The notes beneath the pieces were generated by a model. It made no database searches and had not been told where the DNA came from. It was given only the letters and a program-made list of their open reading frames with translations. This document shows positions 58,550-64,000 of a stretch of DNA of 64,000 bases, piece by piece. Location: sequence record OP599913.1; one strand, given 5' to 3'. Every line of letters begins with the position of its first letter. The first letter of the stretch is position 1. Both the position numbers and the translations under genes were made by a program.

Positions 58550-58990
58550 ATGTCGATCAATAAAGAATACGGCGAATGGATGGAAAAGGGTGTTAAGGGT
58601 CTGGTAGACGCGCACGACTACAACAAGGCCACCAACCACATCACGTTCGATTCGGAGAAGGTGGAACTGCCTAAGGGTGTTACCCAAGACAGTATTCTCC
58701 AGCACGTCAATTTCTTCAACGATATCAGCGCGCAGGTTGAAACAGCCACCTCCCAGATCGCTCGGAGTCAATTCGAAGACAACAAGGAACTGACCACCGT
58801 CGACGGCACCCTGAACCTCGGGGGGTTGAACATCAATTCCCAGCATCACCTGAAACAGAAGGTGGGTGAAGATTATTTGTGGGGGCAAAGCACCACCTCA
58901 GTCGATTACACGCATACCGAAGAACAAGCCGTTTGGTTGGATACCCAACGTACGGCCAGCCAGGAACAGGCCGCTAAGCTGTTCGAGTAA
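58550..58990 (+). CDS. abundant early hypothetical protein (146 aa)
   Basis: GAGGT RBS; own early promoter and terminator; high-expression codon bias. Confidence 0.82.
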   Translation: MSINKEYGEWMEKGVKGLVDAHDYNKATNHITFDSEKVELPKGVTQDSILQHVNFFNDISAQVETATSQIARSQFEDNKELTTVDGTLNLGGLNINSQHHLKQKVGEDYLWGQSTTSVDYTHTEEQAVWLDTQRTASQEQAAKLFE

Positions 58991-59003
58991 GTATTCCTTC
59001 AAT

Positions 59004-59050
59004 AAAGCTAGCGACCCTAACGGCCGCTAGCTTTATAGGGACTATTTTTT
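59004..59050 (+). terminator. intrinsic terminator
   Basis: AAAGCTAGCG..CGCTAGCTTT hairpin plus TTTTTT. Confidence 0.65.
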
Positions 59051-59164
59051 GATTTAAGGAGTACGGGGGTATGATCGATAAACGCGTGCTGGCTTTTCCT
59101 TCGTTTCGATTATATTCGTCTGTTCCAAACCGTTACCTTCTTAAGACCTCAACGGAGACAGAGA

Positions 59165-59380
59165 ATGAAGTGGTTAAAAGCGTTGCATGACCTTCTCTTT
59201 GGGAGTGGGGAAGGTCAGCGTGAGACGAGGGACGTGACGTTGGAGAACCTCCACGAAACCTTGTTACCTCGGGTTAGATTCCCTTTGGAAAGTCACCACG
59301 AAGACAATTATAAACCCCTCTTACTCCCAGAGTCTTCTAAAGTGATTGGAGAGAAGGAGCAGAAACGGAATGAAGGATAA
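59165..59380 (+). CDS. small hypothetical protein (71 aa)
   Basis: GGAG RBS; N-terminal amphipathic MKWLKALHDLLF. Confidence 0.6.
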   Translation: MKWLKALHDLLFGSGEGQRETRDVTLENLHETLLPRVRFPLESHHEDNYKPLLLPESSKVIGEKEQKRNEG

Positions 59381-59404
59381 CTTCACGTCGGTAGGTAAAC
59401 GAAT

Positions 59405-59794
59405 ATGAGTCATGAACGGTGGAACACGGCTCGTTTTGAAGCCATCAATTGGGAGGACAATCAACGCGGTATCCCTATTGGTATTAAGAACAACCTGTAT
59501 TTCCGGTTTGATTATACCCGTAAGGGTGAAGGCTGGGAGGTTACCCTCTGGAATACAGAAGGGACGATTGCCCGGATTGAAGATAGCCCGACCGGGTTCT
59601 CATTCTCCAGTTACCGAGTGGATCTCGTAGATGCCGAGTTGTTGGCTGAGATCCATACCCAATTGAAAGATCAGATCAATAAGGTTAAACCCACTGAACT
59701 GATCGAGGTAGGGGGGTTAAAGCATCTGAATCACATCGTCTTTACGGAACCAGATGCGGAAGAAGGGTCTCTCGCGCCTTATGATCCAGCCTAA
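59405..59794 (+). CDS. hypothetical protein
   Basis: 129-aa ORF in operon. Confidence 0.7.
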   Translation: MSHERWNTARFEAINWEDNQRGIPIGIKNNLYFRFDYTRKGEGWEVTLWNTEGTIARIEDSPTGFSFSSYRVDLVDAELLAEIHTQLKDQINKVKPTELIEVGGLKHLNHIVFTEPDAEEGSLAPYDPA

Positions 59795-59821
59795 CCGATT
59801 TCAAGACCACGAGGGGTACCT

Positions 59822-60127
59822 ATGCTAAGTAATAACATCATTACGTTCGAGATGGCACTGGAAGCTGAACCTTCGGTGATTCGGACATTTGAATATAAAC
59901 CCTTGAGGGTTATGATGGGACAGCTTGAAACCTTCATTGTCATTGAACAGGGGAAGGAGGGTGTGGTGTATGCCACGATCGAAATCCCCAGTGACGGTGA
60001 TATTAGTGTGAATATTGAAGGGAGTCCGTTTAGCCGTAAAGACACTGAAAAAGCCCTCTCGCTGATCTTTGAACAGATCTCAGAGAAACTCAAAGCTGCA
60101 ACACCCCCCGCTTCCGCTGTCAACTAA
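59822..60127 (+). CDS. hypothetical protein
   Basis: 101-aa ORF, GAGGGG RBS. Confidence 0.7.
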   Translation: MLSNNIITFEMALEAEPSVIRTFEYKPLRVMMGQLETFIVIEQGKEGVVYATIEIPSDGDISVNIEGSPFSRKDTEKALSLIFEQISEKLKAATPPASAVN

Positions 60128-60139
60128 GAGGTTTATTCC

Positions 60140-60958
60140 ATGATCGTCCCTAAACAAGTGGTTAAAGAGTCGCACGAATTCAAGAAGTACGGCGAATTCA
60201 CCTACGGGGTTCATTCTCCCAGTGTTGAAGCCTTGGTGCCTGTTAACGAGGCCACGATCTTGGGCCAAGAAGCCACCCTCAAGATCCTGAACGAACTGGA
60301 TAGTGCAGTCATGGGTTCTGTTCGTTCCCTGAACAACCAGTATGAACTCTTCCGTCAAGGGATTGCCTACGGTCTCCCGTACCGTATCAGTACCGATGGG
60401 TGTGTTGAGTTCGCGGTGTACCAACGTACCAAGAAAGCTGGGGATCAACGCCTGAGTAGCTGCTTGTCCCTGGCCCCCGGGGGTCATATCGAGAAGGAAG
60501 ACATTTCCTACTACCCGGAAGCTGATAAGTTCTACGGGGAAACTTCGGTGATCGATTGGGCTTATACCGTGGAGGCTAACCTCCGGCGTGAATTCCTGGA
60601 GGAGATCACCTTCTATTCGTTTGACCGGGGTGACATCACCGAAGAAGTTACTCAGAAGGCGTTTCCTATTGGGTTCGTGATGGATAAGGGTGAACCCGGG
60701 TACGTTGGGAATGTTCACGTCGGTATCATCTGTCTGGTTCCGGTGGTGGAACACAACGCCACGTTCGATATGTCCAACGAAGTGAACAACAAGGAAATGG
60801 GGTGGTTTACGGTCAAAGAGTTGGTCGCCCAACATACCGGCGAAGACGCCCACATCAAGTCGGATGACGGTGAACTCGTTCGCTTCGAACCCTGGTCAGG
60901 TTTGATCATCAACCGGATTGACCAGATTGTGGATATCATCAAGGGGCAGGGTCAGTGA
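60140..60958 (+). CDS. NUDIX-family phosphoesterase (COG4112-like)
   Basis: VYQR..QRL..SLAPGGHIE..NLRREFLEEI..IGFV..VGNVHVG. Confidence 0.75.
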   Translation: MIVPKQVVKESHEFKKYGEFTYGVHSPSVEALVPVNEATILGQEATLKILNELDSAVMGSVRSLNNQYELFRQGIAYGLPYRISTDGCVEFAVYQRTKKAGDQRLSSCLSLAPGGHIEKEDISYYPEADKFYGETSVIDWAYTVEANLRREFLEEITFYSFDRGDITEEVTQKAFPIGFVMDKGEPGYVGNVHVGIICLVPVVEHNATFDMSNEVNNKEMGWFTVKELVAQHTGEDAHIKSDDGELVRFEPWSGLIINRIDQIVDIIKGQGQ

Positions 60959-61290
60959 GAGGGGATTCCTTCTGTACCAAAGCAACCAGTAAGACGCTTT
61001 TGGACACGTTCTTCCAACTGTTGGAGGTTCTTAAAGAACAGGGGAAGGATCAAACGCCCACGGTATACCAGACCGAAGGTCGTAACGGGTTGACCGCCGT
61101 TATCAGTCCGAATGGGGTTTGGTTCTACCATTTCCCATCCCGGGAAACACCGGTGGCTAAACTGACCTCTACGGGTGAGTATGTCTCTTTGGGGATTATC
61201 AGTCTGTCCACGCGAGAACGGATCGCTTTCCACGAGGAAGATCTCACCGTGGTACTTAAAGAGATCATTGCTCACTATCAACCGCAATAA
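60955..61290 (+). CDS. hypothetical protein
   Basis: 111-aa ORF; GTGA overlap with the upstream gene. Confidence 0.65.
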   Translation: MRGDSFCTKATSKTLLDTFFQLLEVLKEQGKDQTPTVYQTEGRNGLTAVISPNGVWFYHFPSRETPVAKLTSTGEYVSLGIISLSTRERIAFHEEDLTVVLKEIIAHYQPQ

Positions 61291-61299
61291 CCAGACGCT

Positions 61300-61342
61300 C
61301 AGTAGGTAGGGGTATCCCCTACCTACTGGTTTCTTTATTTAT
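61300..61342 (+). terminator. intrinsic terminator
   Basis: CAGTAGGTAGGGG-tat-CCCCTACCTACTG plus TTTCTTTATTT. Confidence 0.82.
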
Positions 61343-61356
61343 TTGGAGGAAAGAGA

Positions 61357-62274
61357 ATGGCTGTTATTAATTTGGCTTGGAGTGGTGGGGTGGAATCTGT
61401 GGCGATGTATCATAAAGCCATGAAAGCCGGCCATACGGTGAATCCTTGCTTGGTGAATGCCACGGGCAGTGCATGCGTGACCTTGGTGGAATTAATGGCA
61501 CTCGCTAAAGTGGAAGATTATTTCAAAGATCACACGAATGACTATCCAGGGTCCATTGGAAAGACCTTCGTGATGATGGACACGAGTATGGCCGTTCCTT
61601 CCATTTACACCATTGATAGCAACAGACAGAGTCCATTCGTTCATATTGCTAATCAATCCCTGAATGTGGTATTGGGGATGATGCAAGCGTCTCGGAGTAA
61701 CATTCACCTATTCCCCAGTACGTGGGTAGGGTTCATACAAGAAGATAGCTCAGAACACACATTAAATATCAATGAATGGAGCGAAGCAGATTACCAGGTA
61801 CTGTTGAATCTTCCCGCCACACTCGGTAAATTGGCGGGCACGGACATAGGTTGTCGGCCATTCATAGCCCCATTGTGGGATGTTCCTAAGCGAATCCTTT
61901 ATAACGATCTTCCCGGGGAATTGAAAGAGCTAGTACTCCCCAATCTCATTTCACATTGGTATACTCTAAAAGAGAATGATGAAGTGGTCCTTACGGTCTC
62001 TAAGGAGAAGGAAGTAGAGTGGGAAAGGGCAGGTATCCCTCTACCGACTCAACGCTTTGTCTTTCGTTTGAAAGACTCCACCCCTGCGATGAGGTTATTG
62101 GTAGGATTGCCCACCCCTAAAGACCTAGAGATAGAAGATGATCTTGGCGGAGCGCTACATGAGATCACCCAGGGTATCATCAGGAGGAAATCCGGTTACT
62201 GGATGAATGACTATGAAGAAGTTAAGGGGGTTTATTTGGGTGTGATTAATGATATCTTACGGAGTAGAGAGTAG
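61357..62274 (+). CDS. QueC-like PP-loop (adenine nucleotide alpha-hydrolase fold) protein
   Basis: N-terminal INLAWSGGVESVAM (PP-loop SGGxDS variant); PFIAPLWDVPK resembles the QueC-family P+..K segment. Confidence 0.55.
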   Translation: MAVINLAWSGGVESVAMYHKAMKAGHTVNPCLVNATGSACVTLVELMALAKVEDYFKDHTNDYPGSIGKTFVMMDTSMAVPSIYTIDSNRQSPFVHIANQSLNVVLGMMQASRSNIHLFPSTWVGFIQEDSSEHTLNINEWSEADYQVLLNLPATLGKLAGTDIGCRPFIAPLWDVPKRILYNDLPGELKELVLPNLISHWYTLKENDEVVLTVSKEKEVEWERAGIPLPTQRFVFRLKDSTPAMRLLVGLPTPKDLEIEDDLGGALHEITQGIIRRKSGYWMNDYEEVKGVYLGVINDILRSRE

Positions 62275-62297
62275 CCTACAACACTGGAGTATTCGTT

Positions 62298-62477
62298 ATG
62301 GCTAACAACGATGTTAAAATCGACCGTAAACTACTGGAATCCCTCGGTAAGGTTTATGACCATATTCCTGAAGAACGCCGACCGTACGACCCCAGCAGAC
62401 CCGAAGGGGACGCAGGTATCCTCAAGACGTATGAGAAACCCAAGCGATTCAACTTTGAAATAAAAATCGGGAAATGA
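62298..62477 (+). CDS. small hypothetical protein (59 aa), missed by the ORF track
   Basis: GGAG RBS, 180-nt open frame, ATGA overlap with tmk. Confidence 0.7.
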   Translation: MANNDVKIDRKLLESLGKVYDHIPEERRPYDPSRPEGDAGILKTYEKPKRFNFEIKIGK

Positions 62478-63127
62478 CTATGAATTTCGCTAGTCTCTAC
62501 TCCGGAATGTTTTGTGTGGTGGAGGGGTTGGATGGAACGGGTAAGACCACTGTTGTTAATCGCATAACGGACTGGTTAGTAGAACGTGGTGTGGATGTGG
62601 TTAAGACCCGAGAACCGGGTGGGACCCCGTACTGTAACCGTATCAGGGATTTGCTCCTGTCGCTGGATGAGGGTGGAGAAGGTCCTTGCCAAATGACGGA
62701 ACTCCTGTTGTTCAATGCAGCTCGGGTACAACACCTTGAAACCTTGGTTAAACCCCGCTTACAAGCTGGGAAGTTTGTACTCTGTGATCGGTATGTGCAT
62801 ACGACCATAGCGTACCAAGGGGAAGCCCGGGGATTGGGGGTAGGGAAAATCCTGGAGTTACACCGCTTGCTGACCCAAGACTTTTGGCCTCACTTTACGT
62901 TCATTCTGGATGCACCGGTTGAGGTGGTGTTGGACCGAGTCCATCAACGGGGTGGTATGAACCGTCTGGATTCTCAAACGGTTGAATTCTATGAAAAGGC
63001 CCGTACAGCGTATCGTCGTATGGGGCAGACAGGCCGTGATTGCGCACTCATTGACGCCACTGTGAGTGAAGACGAGGTGTTCAATCAAATGACCACCTAT
63101 CTGGAACGCCTGTGTAATAAATATTAG
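62474..63127 (+). CDS. tmk: thymidylate kinase
   Basis: VVEGLDGTGKTT, TREPGGT, ELLLFNAAR, LCDRY motifs. Confidence 0.95.
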   Translation: MTMNFASLYSGMFCVVEGLDGTGKTTVVNRITDWLVERGVDVVKTREPGGTPYCNRIRDLLLSLDEGGEGPCQMTELLLFNAARVQHLETLVKPRLQAGKFVLCDRYVHTTIAYQGEARGLGVGKILELHRLLTQDFWPHFTFILDAPVEVVLDRVHQRGGMNRLDSQTVEFYEKARTAYRRMGQTGRDCALIDATVSEDEVFNQMTTYLERLCNKY

Positions 63128-63136
63128 AACACATCG

Positions 63137-63182
63137 CTACTGCCTAGCCGTAATGGGCTAGGCAGTAGGTTGTCGTATTTTA
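63137..63182 (+). terminator. intrinsic terminator
   Basis: CTACTGCCTAGCC/GGCTAGGCAGTAG stem. Confidence 0.7.
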
Positions 63183-63194
63183 ACTTGCATGTTC

Positions 63195-63220
63195 TTTGAG
63201 GTCTATATCACTAGGGTGAA
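63195..63220 (+). promoter_or_regulatory. early promoter variant TATATCAC
   Basis: TTTGAGGTCTATATCACTAGGGTGAA. Confidence 0.68.
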
Positions 63221-63263
63221 TAAGGCATTGGTTTCCTTAGTCAATTAAAGGAGGATATGCTCT

Positions 63264-63785
63264 ATGCTGGCGATACTAGACGAAAGTCTTGAGTTGGCTA
63301 AACGTTTCGAAAACGTGATGGCCCGCATAGATAATTCAATGGCTTTTGATCCCGAATGGAGGAGCTCAGGGAATATGTACGAGGGTGCTGTAGGACTTCA
63401 ACTCCCAGTGGGTAAAGTCTTTAAAGCACTGGATCCTAAAACAGGTCGTCGTCTTATTTTGATCGGTACGGACTGTGGTACCGTGGTGATCTTCGAACAT
63501 AACGGTCGTGACAAGACCGGATCCAAGTTTGCCTTGGCGTATAACGCTGACCCTGCCTTAGACTTTATGTTGGGAGGAAGTCGGCTCTCAATCGCCCAAT
63601 TTAGTCTGGCGATTACGGATTATGATATCGAAGAGAACATCGGTATCAGTCTCCGTCGCTTGATTCAACAGGTGAACCGGAGCACGCAGGATAAGAACAA
63701 GGAAGAGAAGATCATAAAAACCCCAAAGGGAATACCCCCGTCTAAAGTACTGTCAGGGTTCTTTGGTTGGGGGGAGTCTGCTTAA
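63264..63785 (+). CDS. early hypothetical protein (173 aa)
   Basis: AAGGAGG RBS downstream of the promoter. Confidence 0.8.
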   Translation: MLAILDESLELAKRFENVMARIDNSMAFDPEWRSSGNMYEGAVGLQLPVGKVFKALDPKTGRRLILIGTDCGTVVIFEHNGRDKTGSKFALAYNADPALDFMLGGSRLSIAQFSLAITDYDIEENIGISLRRLIQQVNRSTQDKNKEEKIIKTPKGIPPSKVLSGFFGWGESA

Positions 63786-63847
63786 CACCTAAACGAATGA
63801 AACCCAACATCCACAAGGATGTACTTTCGCACACATGAGGATACTCC

Positions 63848-64000
63848 ATGAAAACGTTTTTCCTGTCTATTTCAACCGTCTTCACTTTCCTGTTCTTGCA
63901 ACTGGCCAATGCGGCGGGTAATGAAGAAATCATGTTCAACTGCACCTTGAAGGACGGTGCTGAGGTCAAGCTGACCCAGATTCCTCAAGGTGACCTGTGG
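63848..64000 (+). CDS. exported protein with signal peptide (truncated by window end)
   Basis: GAGGA RBS; MKTFFLSISTVFTFLFLQLANA|AGNEE is a classic Sec signal with A-N-A cleavage site. Confidence 0.7.
   Translation, partial: MKTFFLSISTVFTFLFLQLANAAGNEEIMFNCTLKDGAEVKLTQIPQGDLW

Noticed and set aside
61357-62274. Calling this gene queC or a 7-deazaguanine DNA-modification pathway
   Set aside because: Zinc cysteines absent and no partner genes in the window; kept only as QueC-like
26132-63823. 13-mer TCCACAAGGATGT at both 26132 and ~63810
   Set aside because: Only two copies, contains an SD-like AAGGA, and has no consistent context; may be chance
1-64000. tRNA, rRNA, CRISPR array, IS/transposase, integrase
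   Set aside because: No T-arm/anticodon cloverleaf, rRNA, regularly spaced direct repeats or transposase motifs found by eye; tRNAscan/CRISPR tools were not run

Overview
64 kb of a phiKZ-related (Chimalliviridae-type) jumbo phage genome. From recall, the chaperonin, endolysin and gene order closely match Pseudomonas phage EL; no database search was run. In order, the window holds: a GroEL-like chaperonin with no GroES; a minus-strand tail-fibre module (two Kelch propellers, a fibre chaperone, a collagen-like fibre, an SGNH esterase spike); an early small-gene island with an AmrZ-like ribbon-helix-helix protein; a head protein; an SF2 helicase carrying a class 3 intein; RNase H-like and RecA/UvsX-like genes; the virion RNA polymerase (vRNAP) beta C-terminal subunit; a 2537-aa tape-measure/muramidase; the vRNAP beta'/beta operon; endolysin; prohead protease; and a NUDIX / QueC-like / tmk cluster. 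The main signal missing from the ORF track is two group I introns in the vRNAP operon. Intron 1 (46713-48484) carries an HNH gene and splits the catalytic DxDGD motif, leaving an unannotated 60-aa exon 2. Intron 2 (51865-52280) has no ORF and splits the beta HDD|xxR motif. Also notable: an RBS-occluding hairpin on the HNH gene, an AmrZ mimic with Trp at the Arg22 position, an extended early-promoter motif and a recurrent GTAG/CTAC core in terminator stems. Orthologue names come from motif recognition and synteny and need confirming.
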